From NCBI GenBank assembly GCA_963665845.2, contig OY762492.1, positions 160,001-224,000 of the forward strand: DNA of 64,000 nucleotides. The letters are read 5' to 3'. The position numbers were made by a program, and so were the translations under genes. Source of the DNA: Candidatus Poribacteria bacterium. GTDB taxonomy: Bacteria > Poribacteria > WGA-4E > GCA-2687025. Of the stretch, positions 10,868 to 20,742 are shown piece after piece. The notes beneath the pieces are model-generated. The model had not been told where the DNA came from. It did no database searches and worked only from the letters and a program-made list of their open reading frames with translations. How positions within the stretch are numbered: the stretch's first letter is position 1; every line of letters starts with the position of its first letter.

Positions 10868-11380
10868 TTAGGCGCCGCGCACCGCCGCGACCGCCGCGTC
10901 GTAATCCGGCTCGTCGACCGTCTCCGGCACAATCTGCTTATAGACCACCTTGCCGTCCTTGACGACCCAGACGCTGCGCGCCAAGACGCCCAGCTCGTCA
11001 ATCCGAACGCCGTAGGACAAGCCGAAGGAGTGGTCGCGGTAGTCGGACAGATAGGTCAGGTTCTCCGCCTCCGCCTCTTCCGCCCATCGACCCTGCGCAG
11101 TCGGCAGGTCCATGCTGACGGTCAGGACGACCGCGGCGTCTCCCAGTTCGCCGGCGATCTCATTGAAACGGCGGCTCTGCGCGTTGCAGACGCCGGTATC
11201 CAGCGACGGAACGACGCTCAAAACGACCGTCTGATCCGCATAGTCGCTCAGCTCGGCAAAATCGCCGAGGCCGTTGGCGATTTTAAAGTTGGGCGCGTTG
11301 TCGCCGACCTTCACTTCATCGCCGACCAGCGTCAGCGGGCCGCCCTGAAAAGTGATGATGCCGGTATGTTTTGTGGGCAT
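10868..11380 (-). CDS. tpx: Thiol peroxidase (Tpx-type peroxiredoxin)
   Basis: VPSLDTGVC (PxxxTxxC), SMDLP, LSDYR and LARSV motifs. Confidence 0.9.
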   Translation of the reverse strand: MPTKHTGIITFQGGPLTLVGDEVKVGDNAPNFKIANGLGDFAELSDYADQTVVLSVVPSLDTGVCNAQSRRFNEIAGELGDAAVVLTVSMDLPTAQGRWAEEAEAENLTYLSDYRDHSFGLSYGVRIDELGVLARSVWVVKDGKVVYKQIVPETVDEPDYDAAVAAVRGA

Positions 11381-11472
11381 GCGAGGCTCCTTGTCTTACC
11401 TGTGCGAGACGATTCAGAACGTCTTAACGATACCCGCCATGCGCCGGCGTTTCAAGCTTCCGTTTCCTGACA

Positions 11473-11739
11473 TCATGCCTAAAGTTGGAACAGCTGAAAG
11501 ACGAAAGCCTTTATTCATGGGAAAAGGCTTCGCCAGCCAGACCGTTCCCCGCTTCCGCGAGGACATGCATTCCGCGTAAGCGGGAATCTAGAGGCGCCGC
11601 AGACGACGTCCGCGTTCGCCAGGCGGAACGTTCCAAATCCTGCGCTCTCAAGCCCCCCTTTAAACCCCCCTAGCCCCCCTTTTCAAGGGGGGAATCCAGA
11701 GGCGCCGCAGACGACGTTTGCGTCCGCCCGCCGGCATGA
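11473..11739 (+). repeat. Composite intergenic repeat mosaic (MITE-like end, degenerate family A hairpin, family B hairpin)
   Basis: Starts TCATGCCTAAAGTTGG...TATTCATGGGAAAAGGC, matching 57222..57341 in reverse orientation. CCCCCCTAGCCCCCCTTTTCAAGGGGGGAATC lies at about 11665, GGCGCCGCAGACGACGT occurs twice, and it ends in GGCATGA. Confidence 0.8.
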
Positions 11740-11776
11740 CGTCTTACCGCAGGGGCGGGCGGCTTCTGCGGCGCCG

Positions 11777-13372
11777 TTATCGATATGCAGCGCGGTCTTT
11801 CCGAAGCGCCATCCAGACCGAGACCCCCATTCCAACAATGACAAAGGCAAACGGAAAGCCGATGGCGAGCGCGGCGGCTTGCATTGCTTTCAGCCCTCCG
11901 CCGAGCAGAAGCGCGATGGCGACCAGCCCTTCAGCGCTGCACCAAAAGACGCGCTGCGCCGCCGGGGCGTCCAACTTCCCGCCCGCGGTGATCGTGTCCA
12001 CCACCAGCGAGCCGGAATCGGACGAGGTGACGAAAAAGATGGCGAGGAGAACGATGCTGACAAAGGAAGCGATCTGCGTCAACGGCAGCCGCTCAAACAT
12101 TTTGAAGAGCGCAATCTCATACGACCCCGCTTCAACCTGCTCCATGACGCCGGTATAGCCCTCGGTCAGATACTGGTGGATGGCGGTTCCGCCGAAGATG
12201 CTCATGCATAGCAGGGTGATCAGCAGCGGCAGGATCAGCACGCAGAATATAAACTGACGCACGGTGCGCCCCTTTGAAATGCGCGCGATGAACATTCCAA
12301 CAAACGGACCCCAGAGAATCCACCATGCTAAGTGAAACGCCGACCAGTCATGAATAAAATAGCTGTCTGTTCGCCCTACCCAGTTGCTGAACGGGACGAT
12401 GTTAGCGGCGTAGGCGCCGAGTCCTCGGATGAAGTCGTTGAAAATAGCGGCTGTCGGACCGACGCAGACCACAAATAAAAACAGCGCCGACGTAATGCCG
12501 ATATTGATCTGGCTGAGCCGCTTGATGCCGACATCGATCCCGCTAAGGACCGAAGCCATCGCGGCGGCGGTAATCAACGCAATCAGCGTCACCTTAACGG
12601 CATCCGTAGCGGGAATGCCGAATAAGTAGTTCAGCCCGGCGGTCACCTGTTCCGCCCCCAGCCCGAGCGACGGCGCGAGTCCGAACAATGTTGCGAACAC
12701 AGCGAGCGTATCGATCAGATGGCCCGACCAGCCCCATACGCGGTCGCCGAGCAGCGGATAGAAGGCAGAACGCAGGGCGAGCGGCAGCCCCCTGTTGTAT
12801 GTAAAATACGCGATGGCAAGTCCAACGACCGCATAGACAGCCCATCCGTGCAGTCCCCAGTGGAAGGCGACCGATGCGAAACTCATCGTTCGAGCGGCTC
12901 TCGCGTCGGGGTTGGCTATGTCGGGCGGAGTTTCTACGTCATAAACTTTGGTCATGTTGAACGGCGGATTCTGAAAATGCTCAACCGGCTCCGCGACGCC
13001 GAAATAGACGAGACCGATCGCTAAGCCCGCTGAAAACAGCATCGCAATCCATGTGATTGTCGAATAATCGGGCTTTGCGTCCCGCCCGCCAAGACGAATT
13101 TTGCCGAGCGGCGAGACCGTCAGATAGAGGCAAAACAACACAAGCAGGCTGCAGGTAATCATGAACAGCCAGTCCAAGCGCGTTGTGATCCATACCCGGA
13201 TATTCTCAAAAACAACGTCCGCTTTTTCTTGGAACAGCAGCGTCGCAAGGACAAATACGGCGATGGAAATGCTGGATGTCAGGAATACCGGCGCATTGAT
13301 GTCCAGCCCAAATATCTGGAGGTTGTCCTGACCGACCTGGTAATCCGTCGTCTCTTCCGGTTTTGACGCCAT
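11777..13372 (-). CDS. BCCT family (betaine/choline/carnitine) transporter
   Basis: WIAMLFSAG, FGVAEP, FHWGLHGW, WWILWGPFVGMFIARISKGRT and FFVTSSDS; about 12 TM segments. Alternative GTG start at 13387. Confidence 0.93.
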   Translation of the reverse strand: MASKPEETTDYQVGQDNLQIFGLDINAPVFLTSSISIAVFVLATLLFQEKADVVFENIRVWITTRLDWLFMITCSLLVLFCLYLTVSPLGKIRLGGRDAKPDYSTITWIAMLFSAGLAIGLVYFGVAEPVEHFQNPPFNMTKVYDVETPPDIANPDARAARTMSFASVAFHWGLHGWAVYAVVGLAIAYFTYNRGLPLALRSAFYPLLGDRVWGWSGHLIDTLAVFATLFGLAPSLGLGAEQVTAGLNYLFGIPATDAVKVTLIALITAAAMASVLSGIDVGIKRLSQINIGITSALFLFVVCVGPTAAIFNDFIRGLGAYAANIVPFSNWVGRTDSYFIHDWSAFHLAWWILWGPFVGMFIARISKGRTVRQFIFCVLILPLLITLLCMSIFGGTAIHQYLTEGYTGVMEQVEAGSYEIALFKMFERLPLTQIASFVSIVLLAIFFVTSSDSGSLVVDTITAGGKLDAPAAQRVFWCSAEGLVAIALLLGGGLKAMQAAALAIGFPFAFVIVGMGVSVWMALRKDRAAYR

Positions 13373-13583
13373 CTCATTTTCGTTCACTAAAGTCTCCTTT
13401 CGCCGCCTTGCGAGAACTTACGCGCTTCGGACGCATTATACAACAGCGGGCGGCGCGGCGCCTTCGGAAAAATCACATGCGGGAATCTCAGGCGGCAGAA
13501 TTTGCGTTTCCCGCAAAAAAGCGCCATACTGCCTTAAAGGGCGGCGTTTGCCGTTATGAAACCTGTTGGAGGAACCGCCGATC

Positions 13584-14366
13584 ATGAAACGATTCTGGAT
13601 TGCCGCGGCAGCCGCGTTCTTTGCCGCGTTCTCGGCTCTGGCGGTCGATTTTTATGCGTCGGGCGAAGAAAGAGACGAAAAAAAAGCGACGATCGACCTT
13701 GTCAAATTCATCGGCAAAGCTCCGCCCCCCGTCGGCAAATTTGAGGGCAAGACGCAAAAAGCGTCCGCCCATGTGAACATCAAAGACATGAGCGACCTGG
13801 CGGCGGGCGCGCGGGCAATCTTCCGCGTCGACCTCGCGTCGATCAAAACAGGCATGAGGCAGCGCGACACCGATATGCGCGACAAATACCTCCATACAGA
13901 CGAACATCCGTACGCCGAATTCATGCTGGAGAAGATCTCCGCTGTCTATACGGTCAAAGAGGAGGACGGAAAGAAAACAAAGACGCCGGTCAAGGGGCTT
14001 GCGCCGGGCGTCGAAACGCATCTGGACGCGGAAGGTACGCTTCTGATCCGCGGCGTCAAAAAACAGATACAGCTGAAAGGTTTACGGGTTACATACACGC
14101 CGGAAAGCGAGGAAACGAAAAAGATTCGCAAGGGCGGTCTGCTGAAAGCGGTCGGATCGTTTGAGATCGATATGACCGATTACGGCGTCAAGCAACCGCG
14201 CCTCACGCGGTTCTTTACGGTGGAGAAAAAGGTCCAGATTGAGTTCAACATGGTCTTAGGAACCGGCGAAAAGAAAACGCTTACTCTCCCTAAAGAAAAC
14301 GAAGAAGAGAAAGAGGCAGAAACGCCCAAACCTGAATCGGCGCCCGCGGAAAACGAAGCTCCATGA
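13584..14366 (+). CDS. Secreted YceI-family (lipid/polyisoprenoid-binding) protein
   Basis: Signal peptide MKRFWIAAAAAFFAAFSALA; VDLASIKTG...RDTDMR, GTLLIRGVKK and DMTDYGV motifs; GGAGG RBS. Confidence 0.8.
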   Translation: MKRFWIAAAAAFFAAFSALAVDFYASGEERDEKKATIDLVKFIGKAPPPVGKFEGKTQKASAHVNIKDMSDLAAGARAIFRVDLASIKTGMRQRDTDMRDKYLHTDEHPYAEFMLEKISAVYTVKEEDGKKTKTPVKGLAPGVETHLDAEGTLLIRGVKKQIQLKGLRVTYTPESEETKKIRKGGLLKAVGSFEIDMTDYGVKQPRLTRFFTVEKKVQIEFNMVLGTGEKKTLTLPKENEEEKEAETPKPESAPAENEAP

Positions 14367-15544
14367 CGACGCGGGGCAGAAGACGCGGAACGTTCGCATG
14401 CATCCTTGGAGCGGTTCTATTGTGCGCCTCCGTTTCAGCGGAAGAGAACGCGCCGGCAGAGCGGGCTAACGCGGAGGAAAGCCGCGCTGTTGAAACGCCT
14501 GAAGCGGAAACCGCCGCCAAACCGAGCGAGAAGCTGATAGAGCAGGTTTGGGAAGGATACAGCGTCTTTTTTCCAGACGACACGCGCCATTCCATTCCCC
14601 TAGAGAACATCTACCCAGGCGCGCCCATCGACATGATCCCCGCCCTGACGCGCCCAAAGATGCTTGCCGCCGACGACGCGGATTATCTGAACGACAGCGA
14701 ATCGGTCATCGGAATCGAAATCAACGGAGACGCGCGCGCCTATCCGCTGCGCGTCATGCGGTGGCATGAGATCGTGAACGACATCGTCGGCGAGAGGTTC
14801 GTATCGATTACATACTGCCCTCTCTGCGGAACCGGCATGGCGTTCGATTCGAACATCAACGGCAGAATGGGACGGTTCGGCGTGTCGGGCTTGCTCCATA
14901 ACAACGGACTCCTCATGTACAACCGCGGCGCGGACGTCCCCTCTTTGTGGCAGCAGGCGCAGGGAAAGGCGGTCGCCGGTCCGTTGACCGGAACGCAGCT
15001 GGAGTTCCTGCCCGTAACGCATACCTCATGGGGCGAATGGAAAGCGCGCCATCCGCAAACGACCGTCCTGAGCATTGAAACGGGGCATCAGCGCAACTAC
15101 GACATGAACCCGTATAAAGATTATGAGCGGGAAGAGCAGCCCTATTTTCCGATGAGCGCCATTCGCGGCGGCATGCCTTTAAAGACATGGGTGTACGGCG
15201 TCGTCGTCAACGGGCGGGCGCGGGCGTATCCTGTCGCGCAGCTCAAAACGAAGCGGGCAACGCATGACAAGCTGGGCGAAACGAACCTGCTGCTGATTGT
15301 CGGAAGCGGGGAGGAGCCGAACGCGCGCGCCTACCTTCGAGGCGCCCATTCGTTTTATTTTAAAGGAGAACAACTGACGGACGAAAGGGACAGAGCTTGG
15401 GAAATGACGGAAGCGGCGCTGAAGGGTCCGGACGGCGAGGAGCTGCCGCGCGTCGCGTCGGCGTTTGCGTCGTACTGGTTTGCATGGGCGGCGTTTTACC
15501 CGCATACCGACATTTACGACATCTACAACAGCAAAGCGCCTTAA
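14363..15544 (+). CDS. Secreted DUF3179-domain protein (CxxC)
   Basis: Signal peptide; ARAYP...WHEIVND, TYCPLCGTG, FGVSGLL, SLWQQ and YWFAWAAFYP motifs. Confidence 0.82.
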   Translation: MTTRGRRRGTFACILGAVLLCASVSAEENAPAERANAEESRAVETPEAETAAKPSEKLIEQVWEGYSVFFPDDTRHSIPLENIYPGAPIDMIPALTRPKMLAADDADYLNDSESVIGIEINGDARAYPLRVMRWHEIVNDIVGERFVSITYCPLCGTGMAFDSNINGRMGRFGVSGLLHNNGLLMYNRGADVPSLWQQAQGKAVAGPLTGTQLEFLPVTHTSWGEWKARHPQTTVLSIETGHQRNYDMNPYKDYEREEQPYFPMSAIRGGMPLKTWVYGVVVNGRARAYPVAQLKTKRATHDKLGETNLLLIVGSGEEPNARAYLRGAHSFYFKGEQLTDERDRAWEMTEAALKGPDGEELPRVASAFASYWFAWAAFYPHTDIYDIYNSKAP

Positions 15545-15562
15545 CCAAAAGAAAGGAAACGG

Positions 15563-16351
15563 ATGGGTTCATTCAGAGCGTCGGCGGAAGACGCGGCAAG
15601 GTTCAACAAGGACGGGTATCTGCTCGTCCGCGGCATGTTTGACAAAGAGGAGATGTCGCTGCTTCACCAGATCGCCAAAAGCGACATGAAAAAACGAAGC
15701 CGCGTTCATGCGGCGCGCGACGCCGAAGGGCGCGAGAGCAAGCTGTGGCTCTCCAGCGAACCGGGCGAGGACATCTACAACGCGATCGTGCGCTGCGGGC
15801 GCATGGCGGACTCGATGGAGACGCTGATGAACGACGAAGTGTATCTGTACCATTACAAGATGATGGTGAAGGAGCCGGTCGTCGGGGGCGCATGGGAATG
15901 GCATCAGGACTACGGCTACTGGTACCGCAACGGCTGCCTCTATCCGGACATGGCGAGCGTCATGGTGGGGGTTGACCGCGCGTCAAAGGAGAACGGCTGC
16001 CTGCAGGTCATCAAGGGATCGCACCTTTGCGGGCGGGTTGAGCATGGCGTGTCGGGAACGCAGACGGGCGCCGACCCCGCGCGCGTTCAGCTGATGCTGG
16101 AGCATATGGAGCATGTGTATTGCGAGCTGGAGCCTGGGGACGCGCTGTTCTTTCATGCGAACCTGCTGCACTGTTCGGCGCCGAACGAGAGCGACCATCC
16201 GCGCTGGACGCTCATCTGCTGCTACAACACGCGCCATAACCCATGCCGCAACCTGCCAGGACATCCGAGCTACAACCCGATGGAGAAATGGGCGGATGAG
16301 CGCGTGAAAGAGATTGGAGAGGCGCAGCTGGCGGAGGCGCAGAAGGGGTAG
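15563..16351 (+). CDS. Phytanoyl-CoA dioxygenase (PhyH)-family Fe(II)/2-oxoglutarate dioxygenase
   Basis: WHQDYGYW (HxD), ENGCL...GSH, PGDALFFH..LLHCS.PN and the 2OG-binding Arg. Confidence 0.9.
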   Translation: MGSFRASAEDAARFNKDGYLLVRGMFDKEEMSLLHQIAKSDMKKRSRVHAARDAEGRESKLWLSSEPGEDIYNAIVRCGRMADSMETLMNDEVYLYHYKMMVKEPVVGGAWEWHQDYGYWYRNGCLYPDMASVMVGVDRASKENGCLQVIKGSHLCGRVEHGVSGTQTGADPARVQLMLEHMEHVYCELEPGDALFFHANLLHCSAPNESDHPRWTLICCYNTRHNPCRNLPGHPSYNPMEKWADERVKEIGEAQLAEAQKG

Positions 16352-16354
16352 ACC

Positions 16355-16999
16355 ATGTCGAATCGGAACCGAGGCGAATTGATTGAGGCGGTGGAAACGG
16401 CGAGGGCGCATATTCGCCGCGGAAACGACTACTACGATTCCGGGAAGTTTGAAAAGGCGGTCGCCGAATACAACAAGGCGGTTGAGCTGGAAGCGGAGAT
16501 TGCGCCGCATTTCTGGGGCGGGAATCCGTATGCTGTCGTTTACAACAACCGCGGGGTCTCTTACGAAAACACAGAACAATACGACAAATCGATTTCAGAT
16601 TTTAGTAAAGCCATTGATCTGGAACCAGAGCGCGCGATTTACTACATCAACCGAGGACGCTCTTACGATATGATCGACATCAAAGTCAGAGCGGTTCACG
16701 ATTTTAGCAGGGCGATTCAGCTTGAGCCCGACAACAACGCGGCGTATTTTGGCCGCGCGATGGTTCATTCAGACCTGCGCGAATTGGACAGGGCTGTTGA
16801 AGATATCAACAAGGCGTTAGAGCTCAACCCGCGCGGCCCCGGCGTAGAAACAGTCCATTATTTAGTCCGCGCCGAAACGCGCTTTAAACAACGCAAGTTT
16901 TTCAAGGCGTTTGCGGATCTGTGGATCGCCTTAGCGAGATTGCCGCTCTCTTTATTTCAGCGGGAGTCTGACCAAGACGCTGCATTCAGAAGCGGATGA
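16355..16999 (+). CDS. Tetratricopeptide repeat protein
   Basis: About 4-5 TPRs (YNNRG...AIDLEP, YINRG...AIQLEP, YFGRA...ALELNP). Confidence 0.88.
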   Translation: MSNRNRGELIEAVETARAHIRRGNDYYDSGKFEKAVAEYNKAVELEAEIAPHFWGGNPYAVVYNNRGVSYENTEQYDKSISDFSKAIDLEPERAIYYINRGRSYDMIDIKVRAVHDFSRAIQLEPDNNAAYFGRAMVHSDLRELDRAVEDINKALELNPRGPGVETVHYLVRAETRFKQRKFFKAFADLWIALARLPLSLFQRESDQDAAFRSG

Positions 17000-17053
17000 G
17001 CGGAAGTCTCTATAGGCGATGATGTACGAAAATCCTGTTTGAGTTGGGCTATT

Positions 17054-17314
17054 CGTTCCCCGCTTCCCCGTTCCCCGTTTTCACGGGGCATGCTTCACGG
17101 GGGCATGCCCGCTGTCATTGGGCTAATCGTCATTCCCGCGCAAGCGGGAATCCAGAGGCGAACCCAAAACGACCGCGTCCAGCAAAAACCGCCATGCTAC
17201 CCGACATCATCCCGCGCTCCTCCTCGTCATTCCCGCGCAAGCGGGAATCTTAAGGCATCGCAGCCATCGCCCGCGCCTTAAACCCCCCTAGCCCCCCTTT
17301 TCAAGGGGGGAATC
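17054..17314 (+). repeat. Composite repeat mosaic (CCCCGTTTTCACGGGG module, two family A hairpins, family B hairpin)
   Basis: Family A copies at 17128..17152 and 17225..17249; family B at about 17283..17314. Confidence 0.88.
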
Positions 17315-17399
17315 GAGCGCGCCGTTTTACATATGCGGCGCGCCAAGGTACGTTATGCTTATTTCTTAGAAAGAGGACGGCATGCGAGTCGGAGGGGCG

Positions 17400-19319
17400 A
17401 TGCGTTCAGAATCGGAGCGGCCGAGACACATCACCAAAAAAGCGGTCGCGGTCGGCTTGCTCATGGTCGTCGTCAACGCCTACTGGGTCGGCTTGGCGAG
17501 CGAGCTTTGGTACGCCGTTTATACGCTCGTCTCCCCGTTCTCAAACGCCGTCTTTACGCTGGTCGTCCTGCTGGGTCTGAACGCCGGGCTGCGCCGTCTC
17601 GCGCCGCGCGCCGCGCTCACATCGTCCGAGCTGCTGCTGGTCTATGTGATGGTCACGATGGTCTCGACCATCTCCGGACACGCGATGATGGCGATCTTGA
17701 CCGGCGCGCTTGCGCATCCGTTCTGGTTCGCCTCGCCTGAAAACCAGTACGCCCAGCTGTTTCACCGCTTCATTCCCGACTGGATGACCGTCCGAGACGC
17801 GGAGCTGCTGCGCGGCTACTTCGAGGGCGAGTCAAGCATCCTGTCCCCGGAGCTGCTCAGGGTGTGGACGGGACCCGTTCTGATCTGGTCAGGGTTTATC
17901 TTGGCGCTGTACGGATCGCTTCTCGGCTTCAGCCTTCTTTTTCGAAAACAATGGTCGGAGCGGGAGAAGCTTAGCTTCCCGTTGACGCAGCTCCCCCTGC
18001 AGATGACGACCAACGAAAACTTTTGGAAGACGCGCGGACTATGGATGGGAATCGCGCTCGCCGGCTCGATCCGCGTCATCAACGGCCTCCATGACATCTT
18101 CCCCGCGTTCCCAGGCTTTCCCGCCAGCATCCGCGTCGACCAACATTTCACCGAGCGCCCTTGGAACGCCATCGGCTACACCTCGCTTTCGTTCAATACG
18201 GCGATTGTCGGACTCGCCTACTTTATGCCGTTGGATCTGGCGTTCTCCTGCTGGTTCTTTTTCTGGTTGACTCGGGGGGAGCGCGTTCTTGCGTCGGCGA
18301 TGGGCTGGCAGAATCTGCATCTGAACGACAGGGCGGCGGGCGCATGGATCGGCATCGCGTTCATCGCGCTCTGGTCGGCAAGGCGGCATCTCGCGGAGGT
18401 CGGGCGCCATATTATCGGCAAGGCGCGCGGACAGGACAAGGACGAACCGCTCTCCTACCGCGCGACCGCGGCGTTGACGCTGGGCTGTCTGGCGGTCGTG
18501 TTTCTGTTCTGCGCCGCGGCGGGAATGTCGCTCTGGGCTTTGGCGGTCTGGTATGCGCTCTTCTTCGCGTTTGCGCTCGCGCTGGGGCATGTGCGCGCCG
18601 GCTTGGGACCGCCGTACCATGAGGTGATCGGAATGAGTCCGCGGCAGATCATGACCGACCTGTTCGGCTCGCGCCGGCTGGGCGGACAGAACCTGACGGC
18701 GCTCTCCATGCTGTACGCCTTCAACCGCTGCAACCGCTCGCATCCGATGCCGAATCAGGTGGAGTCGCTGCGCGTCGGCGAGCGGGGCGGCGTACCTGGG
18801 CGGACGCTTGTTTGGATGATGGTCGCCGCGATCGGCGTCGGCGCCGTCGCCACCTTTGCGTCCTATCTTCAGTTTGCGTATCAGCATGGCGCGCTGGCGA
18901 AAAGCCGCGGACATTTTGGGCGTTTCGGATGGGAGGTGTACAACCCGCTGCAGCGGTTGATTCAATCTCCCGCCGACCCTGATCTGACGGCGGGCGCGTA
19001 TATGGGCGGCGGATTTCTGTTTGTCGCGTTTCTGCATGCGATGCGGACGCAATTTTTGTGGTGGCCGCTGCATGCGTCGGGGTATGTGCTGTCGGGCGCG
19101 TCATGGGGCGGGATGGTCTATTTTTGGTTCCCGGTGATGGCGAGCTGGTTTTTGAAGATGACGATTTTGAAGTTGAGCGGTTTGGCGGCGTATCGGCGCT
19201 GGCAGCCGTTTTTTCTCGGTTTAGTGTTGGGAGATTTCATCCCGCGCAGCGTGTTGAGCATTCTCAGCTTTGCGCTCAACCTGTATATGCCGTCCTCCGG
19301 GGCGGGGCATACGTTATAG
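17400..19319 (+). CDS. Polytopic membrane protein, DUF6785/DUF6784-like putative transporter
   Basis: Many TM helices; ELLLVY, QWSEREKLSFPL, WWPLHASGY and PFFLGLVLGDF motifs typical of this family. Alternative start at 17382. Confidence 0.7.
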   Translation: MRSESERPRHITKKAVAVGLLMVVVNAYWVGLASELWYAVYTLVSPFSNAVFTLVVLLGLNAGLRRLAPRAALTSSELLLVYVMVTMVSTISGHAMMAILTGALAHPFWFASPENQYAQLFHRFIPDWMTVRDAELLRGYFEGESSILSPELLRVWTGPVLIWSGFILALYGSLLGFSLLFRKQWSEREKLSFPLTQLPLQMTTNENFWKTRGLWMGIALAGSIRVINGLHDIFPAFPGFPASIRVDQHFTERPWNAIGYTSLSFNTAIVGLAYFMPLDLAFSCWFFFWLTRGERVLASAMGWQNLHLNDRAAGAWIGIAFIALWSARRHLAEVGRHIIGKARGQDKDEPLSYRATAALTLGCLAVVFLFCAAAGMSLWALAVWYALFFAFALALGHVRAGLGPPYHEVIGMSPRQIMTDLFGSRRLGGQNLTALSMLYAFNRCNRSHPMPNQVESLRVGERGGVPGRTLVWMMVAAIGVGAVATFASYLQFAYQHGALAKSRGHFGRFGWEVYNPLQRLIQSPADPDLTAGAYMGGGFLFVAFLHAMRTQFLWWPLHASGYVLSGASWGGMVYFWFPVMASWFLKMTILKLSGLAAYRRWQPFFLGLVLGDFIPRSVLSILSFALNLYMPSSGAGHTL

Positions 19320-19365
19320 GTAAAGAGCCTTCGTCATCCGATGACGGCGCTCAAGGAGGGCGCTC

Positions 19366-20697
19366 ATGAAAAAGGCGGATCGTTGGCGTTCATTGGCGCT
19401 GATTGGTTTGGCGTCGGCATGTTTGGCGGCGGTGGCGTTCCTCTGGCTTCGAGACAACGCGGGCGAGCCGATTTCGCCGAAAACGGTCTTGCCGGGGCAT
19501 GCCGCCGGCGTTGTCGTATCGCTTGAGTTTTTCCAGGACGGCAAAACGCTCCTCAGCGCATATGAGGATGACTCTATCCGCCTCTGGGACGTCGACTCTG
19601 GACAGCTTCTTCAAACAGTGAAATTCCCCGGAATTAATGTCGGCGGCGCATTGGTTTCGAACGACGGCAGAACCATCGCTGTTGACGGCTATAGAGAACT
19701 GCGCCTGTGGAATGTCTCGACCGGCGGGATCATAACCTTGAAACCAACATTAACCGGAGGCTGGCTCGGGGGCAGGATGGATAAGGGCGCGATACAGTTT
19801 TCCTCCGACGGCAAAACGATCGCCGCCTCTAGAGAGCGCCGACACGAGTATTCGATTTATATATGGAATGTTGAGACCGGCGCGCTGCTCCATACGCTTG
19901 ATGCGCTCAATAGAAATCGCGTCTTGTATTCGCCGGACGGCAAGCGGATCGTTAGCGCCGGCGGCAATGAGGTCAAGGTGTGGGATGTGAAAACAGGCGC
20001 GCTGCTCCATACATTTCATGGAATTGAGCGCGCGGATGCCAACGCGCTTTCGCCTGACAAAAGCCTGACTGCCGGAACGCTGGCGGCTGTCTGCGGCGAT
20101 CCTTCGATCAAGGTATGGGATCTGGAGACGGGCGCGCTGCTCCACACCCTTCATGGCGCGTCCAGCGCCTTCAAGTACTCGCCGGACGGCAAGCGGATCG
20201 TCAGCGTCAGCGGCAACGAAGCCAAGGTATGGGATATGAAAACGGGCGCGCCGCTCCATACGTTTGAAGTCAATTATAGCTCGTGGCCTTATATTGCTGA
20301 TTATTCGCCGGACGGCAAAAGCATTCTCATCATCAACCCAGCCGGCGGGCCGGGCGAGGTTTGGGATGTGGAAACGGGCGCGCGGCTGCTCCGTACGTTT
20401 AGAGCTCTTCATTTCTGGGGCGTTTATTCGCTGGACGGAAAGAAGCTGATCGGGATCAAATCCCAGCACGATAAGCTTTCTCAACAGTCGGTCATGGAGG
20501 GGCTTGGCGAGGTTTCCCCTCTCGCCTGGGTTGAGGTATGGGACGCGGCGGAATGGAAGCTTCTTCAATCCTCTAAGCGTTCTCCAGAACGGATCGACAA
20601 TCTTGCCTATTCTCAAGACCGAACGACGCTCGCCTGCGCCCTCGACAACGGCGAAATACAGATTTGGCGCCTGGAAGAGGCGGCGCCCGCGCCTTGA
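19366..20697 (+). CDS. Membrane-anchored WD40 beta-propeller protein
   Basis: N-terminal signal anchor; repeated SPDGK...WDVKTGALLHT units. Confidence 0.88.
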   Translation: MKKADRWRSLALIGLASACLAAVAFLWLRDNAGEPISPKTVLPGHAAGVVVSLEFFQDGKTLLSAYEDDSIRLWDVDSGQLLQTVKFPGINVGGALVSNDGRTIAVDGYRELRLWNVSTGGIITLKPTLTGGWLGGRMDKGAIQFSSDGKTIAASRERRHEYSIYIWNVETGALLHTLDALNRNRVLYSPDGKRIVSAGGNEVKVWDVKTGALLHTFHGIERADANALSPDKSLTAGTLAAVCGDPSIKVWDLETGALLHTLHGASSAFKYSPDGKRIVSVSGNEAKVWDMKTGAPLHTFEVNYSSWPYIADYSPDGKSILIINPAGGPGEVWDVETGARLLRTFRALHFWGVYSLDGKKLIGIKSQHDKLSQQSVMEGLGEVSPLAWVEVWDAAEWKLLQSSKRSPERIDNLAYSQDRTTLACALDNGEIQIWRLEEAAPAP

Positions 20698-20742
20698 CGC
20701 TCATCCCCGCCGCTGTTATGATGGCGCTTAGGGAGAACGTTC

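Noticed and set aside
14363-15544. Selenoprotein form of DUF3179
   Set aside because: Both CxxC positions are Cys codons, there is no in-frame TGA, and the gene ends in TAA.
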